Below are positions 10,033 to 19,216 of a DNA stretch of 64,000 nt, one piece after another. Under the pieces are notes generated by a model. That model did no database searches. It was not told the origin of the DNA and worked only from the letters and a program-made list of their open reading frames with translations. The DNA lies in the IMG/VR virus record IMGVR_UViG_3300042350_002797, positions 124,001 through 188,000 of that record. One strand, given 5' to 3'. Each line of letters begins with the position of its first letter. Position 1 is the first letter of the stretch. Position numbers and translations under genes: made by a program.

Positions 10033-11125
10033 GGATTTGTTAGACAGGTTTGAATTATTATTTCCCGACAACACAAAAATATCGAACTTACGCAGGTCTT
10101 ACACTGATAAAGATTTCTCCAGCATTTTTAGATTAGTCGAGAACGAAGATTTAAGAAAAGCTGTTATTGAAAAAAATCTACACAGTATTTTTAGATTAAT
10201 TGGAGATAATGAAACAGTTGATGAATTAAGAAAAGCTGTTATCGAAAAAAATTTGCATAGTATTTTTAGATCGATGAATAATTTTAATGATATCGAAGAT
10301 TTAAGAAAAGCAGTCACTGAAGAAAATTTAAATAGCATTTTTAGACTGATCGAGAACGAAGATTTAAGAAAGTCAGTTGTTGAGGAAAATCTACACAGTA
10401 TTTTTAGATTAGTGAATAATGAAGATTTAAGAAAACTATTATTAGAGAATAATTACTGGAGTCTTTGGAAATTGTTATCGAAAGAATTAGATACGCAATT
10501 CGTTGCTGCTTTTAAGTATTTTTATTCAGAGAACATTGATTATGATACTGACTGTTTTTCTCAAGGGCAGTTATTAAGTAAAAGATGGTTGATTTCTGAG
10601 TTAAAAAAACTTGATTTAGATTTAGGAACTGTATTTTTATGTGCTGGCTGGTACGCTACTTTAGCTGTTATGATATTTGAAAATAATTTAAAAGTTAATA
10701 AAATTAGAAGTTTTGACATTGATCCTAGCTGTGTTAATATAGCAGAAAGATTTAATAAACCATGGGAAATAGATCAATGGAAATTTAAAGCTGCTACTGC
10801 TGATATTTTAAATTTAAACTATAATAAAACAACATACGAAGTTAACAAACTCGATGGGTCAGAGTTAACATTAACTGATGTTCCTGACACAATAATTAAT
10901 ACTAGTTGTGAACATATAGAAAATTTTAATCAATGGTATGACAGTATACCAAACGGAAAATTACTTGTGCTTCAAACTAATGATTATTTTGGCATTGAAG
11001 ATCACGTAAATTGTGTTAACTCTTTAGACGAATTTTCTGATATGACACCGATGAAAGAATGTTTGTATCGAGGAGAATTAGAATTACCCAAGTATAGGAG
11101 ATTTTTGAGAATTGGATATAAATGA
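10022..11125 (+). CDS. Class I SAM-dependent methyltransferase-like protein with N-terminal tandem helical repeats
   Basis: VFLCAGWY (motif I-like), RSFDIDP, TADI, IINTSCEH; N-terminal repeats DLRKAV.E.NLHSIFRL. Confidence 0.65.
   Translation: MEIKDLLDRFELLFPDNTKISNLRRSYTDKDFSSIFRLVENEDLRKAVIEKNLHSIFRLIGDNETVDELRKAVIEKNLHSIFRSMNNFNDIEDLRKAVTEENLNSIFRLIENEDLRKSVVEENLHSIFRLVNNEDLRKLLLENNYWSLWKLLSKELDTQFVAAFKYFYSENIDYDTDCFSQGQLLSKRWLISELKKLDLDLGTVFLCAGWYATLAVMIFENNLKVNKIRSFDIDPSCVNIAERFNKPWEIDQWKFKAATADILNLNYNKTTYEVNKLDGSELTLTDVPDTIINTSCEHIENFNQWYDSIPNGKLLVLQTNDYFGIEDHVNCVNSLDEFSDMTPMKECLYRGELELPKYRRFLRIGYK
10120..10445 (+). repeat. Imperfect in-frame tandem repeat, about 5 units of 60-75 bp
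   Basis: Recurrent (c/t)agyatttttaga...gaagatttaagaaaa, encoding SIFRL..NEDLRKAV.E.NL. Confidence 0.9.
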
Positions 11126-11336
11126 TTTCGATTTAAGAACTCTTCAGAAAGAATCTGCAAGGGCGTTATCTGCCATGGAGGCTACAAATAACAACATCTT
11201 TAAATTTAATCAACAAGCTCATCACGACAGTCAGAACTGGTACAAAGCAGTTATTAAATGGTATATTGATGAGTACGGAGGATTACCCAGTCAAGTAGGT
11301 CCAGGTAAAAATGTAAATTTGGTGTATGATAATTGA
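11112..11336 (+). CDS. Small hypothetical protein (74 aa)
   Basis: Overlaps both neighbours in the operon; TTG start. Confidence 0.55.
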   Translation: MDINDFDLRTLQKESARALSAMEATNNNIFKFNQQAHHDSQNWYKAVIKWYIDEYGGLPSQVGPGKNVNLVYDN

Positions 11337-11704
11337 TGTTAGAATTTGTTAAACCTTTAAAGATTTATTTGTTTAAAGAAACTAATGAAGTTAGTTTCAG
11401 TATACTTGTGAGCCCTAATAGCGTCAATACGTATATTTTAAAAGTAACAGAATTTGAAAAAATTTTAGAATTATGGGATAAAAAAGGCGGAGCAGAAATA
11501 CGCACAGATACTGCATCATGGCATATACAATATAAAACAAGAGGCCCAAGACCTGAATCTAAAATTGTATCTTATGTTAGAATAGCTATATATTATAAAG
11601 ATCAATCATTTCATTATAGAGTTGATTATAATGAAATGATTGAAATATCTAAAGATTATTTTTATCAAAAAAATAATAAAATGTATTGGGATAAAGATCA
11701 ATGA
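11336..11704 (+). CDS. Hypothetical protein
   Basis: TGATG coupling with the upstream ORF and ATGA coupling with the downstream radical SAM gene. Confidence 0.6.
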   Translation: MLEFVKPLKIYLFKETNEVSFSILVSPNSVNTYILKVTEFEKILELWDKKGGAEIRTDTASWHIQYKTRGPRPESKIVSYVRIAIYYKDQSFHYRVDYNEMIEISKDYFYQKNNKMYWDKDQ

Positions 11705-12963
11705 CAGACCGAGACGAATTTATAGAAAGATTTTCTCCTGCTAAACACCCGACAATGTGTCTTTTGCCCTTTATGCATTTTAGTACAGAAACTAGTGGTG
11801 AAATTAAACTGTGTTGTGAAGCAAGACCTAATATAGATATTAATTTAGTAGATGGAAGATCTAAAAAAATAATAGAAATTTTTAACAACGAATACTATAA
11901 CACTGCTAGAAAAAAGTTAATTAACGGAGAAAAAATACCAGAATGTAATTCTTGTTGGTTCAAAGAAAAACAAGGATTTAAATCTAAAAGATTAGAGGAG
12001 TGGGAAGTATTTTACAAACATAACAAAAGTACTTTACCTACAGATTTTTTTCAGTGGGAAAAACGTGGAACTGATTTAATACCAACTTATTATAATTTAC
12101 AAGTTGCAAGAACTTGTAATTATGCTTGTATTATGTGTTCTACTGATTGGAGCTCTCTTATAACTTCTATAGGACAAAAAATGGGAGTAGAAAAAAGAAC
12201 CATGTTGATGAATCAACGTTGGTGGACACTTACTCCAGCGCAATCTCAGTTAGATAAGAGCGAAATATTTTGGCAAGGATTAAAAGAAATAGTTAGTAAA
12301 CTTGAATATCTTTATGTAACAGGAGGGGAACCATTTATAATAAAACCTTTGTGGGAATTTATAAATTATCTCGTAGAAAAAGATTATGCGAAAAATATAG
12401 TATTTTGGTGTAACACTAATACTTCTCAGTTTACTGAACATCAACTTTTTCTATTAAAACAGTTTAAACGTGTAGAATTAAATCTAAGTATAGATGCATA
12501 CGGAGAACTTAATGAATATCTTCGAACAAGTTCAAATTGGAATGACATTGAGAACAATATCAATTTAGCTATTAAAAATGTTAGCAGTAATTTTTATTTA
12601 ACATTGGTGCCAGTAGTAAGCGGATTAAATATAAGATATTTGCATGAACTAATTTATTGGTGGAGAAACAAAGTAGGACAAAATAATCGTTGCGCGATAA
12701 ACCCTATTCTATTAGTAGCCCCAAGATCAATGTCAACAAATGTACTACCGAAGAAGTACATTGATGAAATAAAAAAATCTTTAACAACCGCGATTCAGGA
12801 TTGTAAATTAGATTCTGAATCAAATTTTGAAAATGTCTTCAATTTATTAGATAATCATGAATTTAGTTATAGAGCTAGCACCAAGTTAAAAGAAGAATTT
12901 GAATATTTTAAAGAAGCTGTAAATAAAGATTATTTTACAAAGTTTAATTATTTGTTTGAATGA
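11701..12963 (+). CDS. Radical SAM protein with N-terminal Twitch/SPASM-like Cys cluster
   Basis: CNYACIMC (CxxxCxxC), TGGEP, NTN, SIDA; N-terminal CLLPF...CC...CNSC. Confidence 0.9.
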   Translation: MTDRDEFIERFSPAKHPTMCLLPFMHFSTETSGEIKLCCEARPNIDINLVDGRSKKIIEIFNNEYYNTARKKLINGEKIPECNSCWFKEKQGFKSKRLEEWEVFYKHNKSTLPTDFFQWEKRGTDLIPTYYNLQVARTCNYACIMCSTDWSSLITSIGQKMGVEKRTMLMNQRWWTLTPAQSQLDKSEIFWQGLKEIVSKLEYLYVTGGEPFIIKPLWEFINYLVEKDYAKNIVFWCNTNTSQFTEHQLFLLKQFKRVELNLSIDAYGELNEYLRTSSNWNDIENNINLAIKNVSSNFYLTLVPVVSGLNIRYLHELIYWWRNKVGQNNRCAINPILLVAPRSMSTNVLPKKYIDEIKKSLTTAIQDCKLDSESNFENVFNLLDNHEFSYRASTKLKEEFEYFKEAVNKDYFTKFNYLFE

Positions 12964-12964
12964 A

Positions 12965-14137
12965 ATGATATATCAATATAACGAAATAAAAACAGTGCAT
13001 TTAGAAGTTACAGATAGTTGTAACGCTGCTTGTCCAATGTGTGCAAGAAATATCAATGGAGGAGAGGATAATCCTCAATTGCCTAATACAGAATTATTTT
13101 TAGAAGATATAAAAAAAATATTTTCTGTTGATTTTATTAATCAACTAGATAGGATCTACATGTGCGGCAATTATGGGGATCCTATTGCTGCTCGTGATAC
13201 ATTAGAGATTTTTCAATATTTTCGAAATATTAGTTCTAAAATAAATTTAAGTATGCACACGAATGGCAGTGCTAAAAAACCTGACTGGTGGAAAAAACTA
13301 GCAGAAATTATAGGAAATAATGGATATGTTGTGTTTAGTATTGACGGGCTCGAGGATACTAATCATCTTTATAGACAAAATACTATATGGTCAAAAATTA
13401 TGGAAAATGCTCAGGCGTTTATATCTGCTGGTGGGCAAGCAAGATGGGATTACATTGTATTTGAACATAATCAACATCAAGTCGATGATGCTAAAATTTT
13501 AAGTGAGCAAATGGGTTTTAAAAAATTTCAGTTTAAAAAATCGGCAAGATTTTTTAGTAATGTTTCTGGCGCTACTAAAGATGCACATCAGGCTGCTAAT
13601 AGGAAAGGTCAAACAACATTATTAAAGCCTCCTACTGAAGAAAAATACAAAAATAGTTCTTTAGTCGAGTTAAGTAAGATTGATAAAATAGAAGATGCGA
13701 TTGATTTTGTTCCTAATACTGCAAAGGAAGTTGTTCTTGTACAGACAGTACAGAAATTTAATAGCGACCCTGATAAGAAAAAACCAATGGAAAAATATTG
13801 GGACGAAGTGCCTATACGTTGTAAAGTTTCAGAAGAAAAAAGTCTTTACATATCTGCTGAAGGCATAGTTCAGCCTTGCTGCTGGACAGCTGGCCAAATG
13901 TATGTTTGGTATTGGTTACCAGGAGGTTCTCAAATTTGGAAAGCAATAAATCAAATAGGCAAAGAAAAGCTAAATGCAAAAAAATACGATTTAGAATCTA
14001 TTGTAAATGGATTATATTTTCAAGATATAATTCCCAATAGTTGGAAAAAGTCTAGTTGTGCAGAAGGTAAGCTACAAGTTTGTGCTAAGACTTGCGGTGT
14101 TAAAAATGACATGTTTAATGATCAGTTCTCTAAATAA
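12965..14137 (+). CDS. Radical SAM protein with C-terminal Cys cluster
   Basis: CNAACPMC, CGNYGDP, HTNG, FSIDG; C-terminal C...PCC...C..C...C. ATG at 12965 (ORF track starts at TTG 12956). Confidence 0.9.
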   Translation: MIYQYNEIKTVHLEVTDSCNAACPMCARNINGGEDNPQLPNTELFLEDIKKIFSVDFINQLDRIYMCGNYGDPIAARDTLEIFQYFRNISSKINLSMHTNGSAKKPDWWKKLAEIIGNNGYVVFSIDGLEDTNHLYRQNTIWSKIMENAQAFISAGGQARWDYIVFEHNQHQVDDAKILSEQMGFKKFQFKKSARFFSNVSGATKDAHQAANRKGQTTLLKPPTEEKYKNSSLVELSKIDKIEDAIDFVPNTAKEVVLVQTVQKFNSDPDKKKPMEKYWDEVPIRCKVSEEKSLYISAEGIVQPCCWTAGQMYVWYWLPGGSQIWKAINQIGKEKLNAKKYDLESIVNGLYFQDIIPNSWKKSSCAEGKLQVCAKTCGVKNDMFNDQFSK

Positions 14138-14153
14138 CGTTAAATAATCTACC

Positions 14154-15557
14154 ATGAAAAAATATCCATCAGACACATTCTGTATTCTACCTTGGATACA
14201 TTTAAGTACAAGACCCGACGGTAGTATGCGAGTTTGCTGCACTGCTAATGCTAGTGGTGTTGGCTCAACTAATGACGAAACCGGTGGCCATGTCGGAATT
14301 TTAAAAACTGAAGAAGGAAAGCCTGCTAATTTAAATGTAAGCGATTTACAATCAGGTTGGAATAGCACTTACATGAAAAATGTAAGAAAAATTATGTTGG
14401 CAAATGGCAAACCTGAAAGTTGTTCAAAGTGTTATAAAGAAGAAGATTCCGGACATTTAAGTAAGCGTCAATGGGAAACTAATTATTGGGCACAGCGAGT
14501 GAATATTGATCAGTTAGTTGCACAAACTACAGACGACGGACAGGTTCCTCCAAACTTGAAATATATTGATTTAAGATTTGGATCTAAATGTCAATTAGCT
14601 TGTGTCATGTGCTCTCCTCATGATAGTAGTGGTTGGATTCCTGAATGGAATAAAATTTATCCTATAGTACAAAATAAAGAATTAAGTAAAACAATGGCTT
14701 GGGAAAATAAAGGCAGTGTTAATGGATCTAGTTTTAACTGGCATAAAAACAATCCTGTATTTTGGCAGCAGTTTAATGAACAAATACCTAACATGCAGCA
14801 ATTATACTTTGCCGGAGGTGAGCCATTAATTATTGACGAACATTACGACATTTTAGAAGAATGTATAAGACAAGGCCATGCTAAAAATTTAGAAGTAAGA
14901 TATAATAGTAACGGAATAGAGTGGAGAGAAGATTTATTCGATTTATGGAAAGAATTTAAGCTTGTAAGATTTCATTATAGTGTAGATGCCATAGGTAAGA
15001 AAAATGATTACATAAGATATCCCAGTGACTGGAAAAGAACAGAAGAAGTGTTTAGAATTCTGGATAATGAAACATCAAATAATGTAGAAGTGACTGTTGC
15101 TTGTGCAGTACAAGCGTTAAACATTTATTATATTCCTGAATTTATAAAATGGAAACTAGAACAAAATTATAAAAAAATTAATATGTGGCCTTTTGGAGCA
15201 GGAGGAATAAACCATCATTTTGTATATTGGCCTGCACATTTAAATGTAAAAATATTGCCTCGGTGGTTCAAAGATAAGTGCGAACAACATTACGAAGAAT
15301 TTATTCCTTGGTGGACAGAAAATTGGGAATTAGGAATTCCTTCGTGGTACAAAGGAAAAATTACTAAAGAACAGTGGATTAATGCAGAATACGGAATTAA
15401 AAGATTACGTGGTATGATTAAATTTATGAAGTCAGAAGATTGGAGTAATAGACTTCCTGAAACTGCTGAATACTTAAAACTACTAGATCAACAAAGAAAT
15501 TTAAAATTTGAAGATATTTTTACAGAAATGAAAGGAGTATTCGATGGAATACATTAA
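14154..15557 (+). CDS. Radical SAM protein with N-terminal Twitch/SPASM-like Cys cluster
   Basis: CQLACVMC, FAGGEP, YNSNG, SVDA; N-terminal CILPW...CC...CSKC; paralog of 11701..12963. TAAATA occurs twice just upstream (14131, 14141). Confidence 0.9.
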   Translation: MKKYPSDTFCILPWIHLSTRPDGSMRVCCTANASGVGSTNDETGGHVGILKTEEGKPANLNVSDLQSGWNSTYMKNVRKIMLANGKPESCSKCYKEEDSGHLSKRQWETNYWAQRVNIDQLVAQTTDDGQVPPNLKYIDLRFGSKCQLACVMCSPHDSSGWIPEWNKIYPIVQNKELSKTMAWENKGSVNGSSFNWHKNNPVFWQQFNEQIPNMQQLYFAGGEPLIIDEHYDILEECIRQGHAKNLEVRYNSNGIEWREDLFDLWKEFKLVRFHYSVDAIGKKNDYIRYPSDWKRTEEVFRILDNETSNNVEVTVACAVQALNIYYIPEFIKWKLEQNYKKINMWPFGAGGINHHFVYWPAHLNVKILPRWFKDKCEQHYEEFIPWWTENWELGIPSWYKGKITKEQWINAEYGIKRLRGMIKFMKSEDWSNRLPETAEYLKLLDQQRNLKFEDIFTEMKGVFDGIH

Positions 15558-16446
15558 TGATTTTAGAAGAGAGCATTATATGCTGCCCATGGATCATCCT
15601 ATTGCTATTGAAAACATGCGTAGGCATATTAGTCGTGCAGATAAATCCAGTGATCCTATGTTTTCTAAAGAGGAACTAGATTGGATTTGGAAATTTGCCT
15701 TTGCCGGCGGCAAAGAAGTAAGAATGAATAAAAATGGAACAGTATTAGTTGCCGGACAACTGCACGAAGTGTATTTAAAATTTAAAGACAGGATTGATAG
15801 TTGTTTAGGCATCGACGCAGGAAAGAGTCCTCAAGTAGGCGGAAATTATTTTATTACTCCTCAGCAATACGGATTGCATAATGATAGTATACGTCCAGAA
15901 GATTTTACTACTACATTTAATAAAATACCTTTAAATCACGAACAAAGAAAATACACTTGTTGGAAAAATTGGCTTCTTCCTTTATGGATAGGCACACATT
16001 TAGAAGAAGAAGATGGCGGGCAAATCGTGTTTTTTGATCAAAGACATATCGATTGGGCGCATGTATATAATGGTGGCGGGCTTGTACCTAATATTGCCAG
16101 TGTTTACAAAATCACAACTGATTATACAGAATTACAATTTCATGATGGTCAAGGAAATGTAATTTCTAAAGAGAACAATGCAGTTCCTTTTGACAAAGCA
16201 GTTTTTAATCAAGTAATGAATACACCTTATGAACGCCTGCGAGGATTAAGTGCAGAAACTATTTTAGATTGGGAACCAGGAAAACCAATGTGGTTCGATG
16301 CTGTGCAATTACATAATACCAATGAAGGCACTAAAACTAAAGGAAAAAAGTTATGGAATGCTAAAATGGGATTACTATTAACTTTTTTAATCGAGTTAGA
16401 CGACGATTTGCTTTTAGAATGGCGCAGAGAACAATCCAAAATGTAA
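15544..16446 (+). CDS. Putative 2OG-Fe(II) dioxygenase
   Basis: HxD (LHNDS) and distal H (FDAVQLHNT) in a double-stranded beta-helix-like arrangement. Confidence 0.55.
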   Translation: MEYINDFRREHYMLPMDHPIAIENMRRHISRADKSSDPMFSKEELDWIWKFAFAGGKEVRMNKNGTVLVAGQLHEVYLKFKDRIDSCLGIDAGKSPQVGGNYFITPQQYGLHNDSIRPEDFTTTFNKIPLNHEQRKYTCWKNWLLPLWIGTHLEEEDGGQIVFFDQRHIDWAHVYNGGGLVPNIASVYKITTDYTELQFHDGQGNVISKENNAVPFDKAVFNQVMNTPYERLRGLSAETILDWEPGKPMWFDAVQLHNTNEGTKTKGKKLWNAKMGLLLTFLIELDDDLLLEWRREQSKM

Positions 16447-17166
16447 TTACAAGTAGGGGAGAATTTTAGGAACGATTAAATTCTCCGCTACTACTCTGTT
16501 ACCTTCATTGTCAAAATGATGTCCGTTGTCGTAAATAAACTTATTAAAATTTTCTTTTAATTCTGTTTGAACATCAAAATCTACAATAGAATTTATAAAT
16601 TCATTAAACAAAACATGGTGAACTTCCCAATGAGGAGTGCAGTGAGTGTATATTAAATGCGGTATAGAGCACTGTTCTAATATTTTTTTAATCGCACACA
16701 TATATGAAAAATAAATACTTTGATCATCACAGTCATACAAATAACTGTTTTTGGCTATTTCTTTATATCTTGATGCACGTTGCGGCCAAAAAGCATTAAT
16801 GATTTGTTCATAGTTTGGATTCCAAAATACAAAATTATCTCTTACCGACATATCACATTTGTAAATATTTTGATATGTTTCGCTAAAGGTCCACTTTAAT
16901 TGTTTAGAATTTATTCTAATATGTTTTCTTCTATCGTTGGTAATTTGAAATATGATAAAATCGTAATTATTTTTTATTTCAGATTTAAGTATTTCAAATT
17001 GAGTACCAATATCGCACCCTCCGTGCGCTGCACTGTAGTATCTAACATTAATCGAATTTTCTTTTAAGACGTCCACTACATTTTCAGGAATACCATGTTT
17101 TCCTTCGTGATTGTATTGACTAAAACTACAACCTAGATGTAATATTTTCTTTATATGTTTTTTCAT
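16447..17166 (-). CDS. SGNH/GDSL-like hydrolase or acyltransferase
   Basis: LGCSFS (block I-like) and C-terminal DNGHHFDNEGN (DxxH). Confidence 0.6.
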   Translation of the reverse strand: MKKHIKKILHLGCSFSQYNHEGKHGIPENVVDVLKENSINVRYYSAAHGGCDIGTQFEILKSEIKNNYDFIIFQITNDRRKHIRINSKQLKWTFSETYQNIYKCDMSVRDNFVFWNPNYEQIINAFWPQRASRYKEIAKNSYLYDCDDQSIYFSYMCAIKKILEQCSIPHLIYTHCTPHWEVHHVLFNEFINSIVDFDVQTELKENFNKFIYDNGHHFDNEGNRVVAENLIVPKILPYL

Positions 17167-17866
17167 AGCTTTCTATAATTAAATTTCTGTAGTTTCTATA
17201 TTGTTGAATAGGCCACCCATGAATAATCATGTGTATTCTAGGAGTGAAACTATTATTCCAAACTGCATGAACTGTACTAATATCAATTAACCTAACATCT
17301 CCAGGACTCCATGGAATAAGACCATAATTTTCCATTCCAAAATTACAGTCTTCTGGATTATTTAACGCAATATTAATTGCTTGTAATTTTCTTTTATCAT
17401 TATCTTTATGAGGCATAATATAACCTCCAGGTTCCAATAACATAAAACGAACTCTGAGAAATTTATCTAAAAATGAGTTTTGTTTTAGCCAAGAAGTTGT
17501 AATCGGACATTTATCTGCAATTTCAGTCCAATGATAATCAGGAAGATCTTTTAAATTTTCGTATTGATCGTCGCCTTGTGTTATATGTTTTCCTCGACCA
17601 TGAATTACCAGACTTTTCCAACCTTTATGAGACTCGCCTTCTTCCCTGTGGGAATAAAATTCTTCTAATAATTTAAGAGATTCTTGATACATCTCTTGAT
17701 ACGGTATAGATATGTTTAATTTTAGACTTCGTAGGTTAGACTCTTCGATTATCCATTTATACTGATCGTCGGCACTAAAATTTAGAGGTATCGATTCTAG
17801 GTTGTAATAATGTTTCTCTAACTTCCTTTTTTCGAAGAACTTTGAGATATTCTGTATAGTACTCAT
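17126..17866 (-). CDS. Aspartyl/asparaginyl beta-hydroxylase-family 2OG oxygenase
   Basis: RVRFMLLEPGGYIMPHKD...HAVWNNS.TPRIHMI; likely start ATG 17866 (track gives 17929). Confidence 0.8.
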   Translation of the reverse strand: MSTIQNISKFFEKRKLEKHYYNLESIPLNFSADDQYKWIIEESNLRSLKLNISIPYQEMYQESLKLLEEFYSHREEGESHKGWKSLVIHGRGKHITQGDDQYENLKDLPDYHWTEIADKCPITTSWLKQNSFLDKFLRVRFMLLEPGGYIMPHKDNDKRKLQAINIALNNPEDCNFGMENYGLIPWSPGDVRLIDISTVHAVWNNSFTPRIHMIIHGWPIQQYRNYRNLIIESYEKTYKENITSRL

Positions 17867-19154
17867 ATAATTGTTGTCTCCAAGGAAAATTAAATTCTTC
17901 ATCGGGATATAAGTTGATGTCTTTAACACTTAATAATCCATACCCTCTCATATTACCTTCACTAGTAGGTAAAATTCCTAAAAAATAGCTATCATTTTTA
18001 TTAATTCTTTCGGCACTAGCCAATGTTTTTATCATTAAATTAAAATGTATTTGACTATACAAATAGGCAGTTTTTCTATATGATAAGATATTACTAAATG
18101 CGTAGAGAGTATTATCTTTTATTCTATGAATGGTATCTTCTATTTCGAAAAAACTTTCCTTATAAAAATTTAATTTAACATCTGAAAGACGAAACTGCAT
18201 TTCAGAGAAAGGTTCAATTAGTCCTCCAAGAAAATCTTTTTCTGATTTTTTTATTTCATCTATATCTGAAACCTGTAAGTTGTATCCGCTAGCAAAACAC
18301 AATTGATCATAATCTTTTCCATTATAATCGTAGATTACTTTTTTAGTAAAATCAATAGCAGGCTGACTAATATCTCTAAAATCTACAGCATGAGCATTAG
18401 GACATTTGTCTAAAATTTGTAGAGCTTGTAATCCATTAGCAGGTGTTACTAGTCGTTTTATACTAGGCAATTCAAATCTAATAATTGGCTCGTTAGTGCA
18501 ATTAAAGATAGTATCATCAAATGTACATTCGATACGTAGATATGATCCATATTTTAATACTAAATCGTTGTAAAGATAGAATTTATGTTTTCTCTCTTCG
18601 TCGGTCCAGGGTCTTATTTTAAAACCATGTTCTAACAATTTACTAATTATTAGTCCTCCAGGTTTAATTTTTTTAAAGGTCTGCGACTCTTGACCTTTTT
18701 CTATAAACATTGGTGTGTAATCGTCGTGAAAATTATCAGTACTTCTATGTATGTTTACACAGACTTGATTAGTTAGAGCATCGTAAGCAGGAGACCCACA
18801 TCTTTTCCAATCTTCTACATTTAGGATAAAACATTGATTATGTAATTCGTAATATTCAGATTTTCTGTCTAAGATATGTCCTATTAAAGAATAATCGGAA
18901 TCTTTAGACACAAGTTGAGTTAGCCATAAAGGGTCAAATGTATTTCCGGGTCTTGTGAATATAACTTTAGGTGCTTGTTCAGATTTTAAGCTTTCGAAAG
19001 CATCTTGATACGATAAAAAGTACTTATACATTATATCGTGTCTTACAGATGCTTCTAAAAGATTGTAACCAATTTCGCGACCTAGTGTATCTTTATATGA
19101 TTCGTTATCGTCTACAATATAAATTATATAAGTTTTTCTGATTAATTTTCTCAT
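17775..19154 (-). CDS. Hypothetical protein (possible GT-A-like N-terminal half)
   Basis: 459-aa ORF; GHILDR...YELHNQCFILN..W segment; no certain family. Confidence 0.55.
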   Translation of the reverse strand: MRKLIRKTYIIYIVDDNESYKDTLGREIGYNLLEASVRHDIMYKYFLSYQDAFESLKSEQAPKVIFTRPGNTFDPLWLTQLVSKDSDYSLIGHILDRKSEYYELHNQCFILNVEDWKRCGSPAYDALTNQVCVNIHRSTDNFHDDYTPMFIEKGQESQTFKKIKPGGLIISKLLEHGFKIRPWTDEERKHKFYLYNDLVLKYGSYLRIECTFDDTIFNCTNEPIIRFELPSIKRLVTPANGLQALQILDKCPNAHAVDFRDISQPAIDFTKKVIYDYNGKDYDQLCFASGYNLQVSDIDEIKKSEKDFLGGLIEPFSEMQFRLSDVKLNFYKESFFEIEDTIHRIKDNTLYAFSNILSYRKTAYLYSQIHFNLMIKTLASAERINKNDSYFLGILPTSEGNMRGYGLLSVKDINLYPDEEFNFPWRQQLYEYYTEYLKVLRKKEVRETLLQPRIDTSKF

Positions 19155-19179
19155 TTTATTTTGACACTTTGATTGTTTA

Positions 19180-19191
19180 ATAAATATTTAT
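19180..19191. promoter_or_regulatory. Palindromic, bidirectional late-promoter-like motif ATAAATATTTAT
   Basis: Perfect 12-bp palindrome giving ATAAATA on both strands, between divergent genes 19154(-) and 19217(+). Confidence 0.5.
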
Positions 19192-19216
19192 GTGATACTA
19201 TTATAGTACAAAAAAA

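Noticed and set aside
10120-10445. Repeat-spacer-like pattern as a CRISPR array
   Set aside because: Units are degenerate, in frame and encode a protein repeat; no cas genes in the window.
11112-11704. RiPP precursor plus PqqD/RRE for the radical SAM enzymes
   Set aside because: The 74-aa ORF has no evident leader/core pattern and the 123-aa ORF looks beta-rich throughout rather than RRE-like; no peptidase or transporter nearby. Not excluded, but unsupported.
19161-19166. TTGACA as the -35 box of a sigma70 promoter for 19217
   Set aside because: No good -10 hexamer at 16-18 nt spacing; an extended -10 (TGATACTAT, 19193-19201) or the ATAAATA motif explains the region better.
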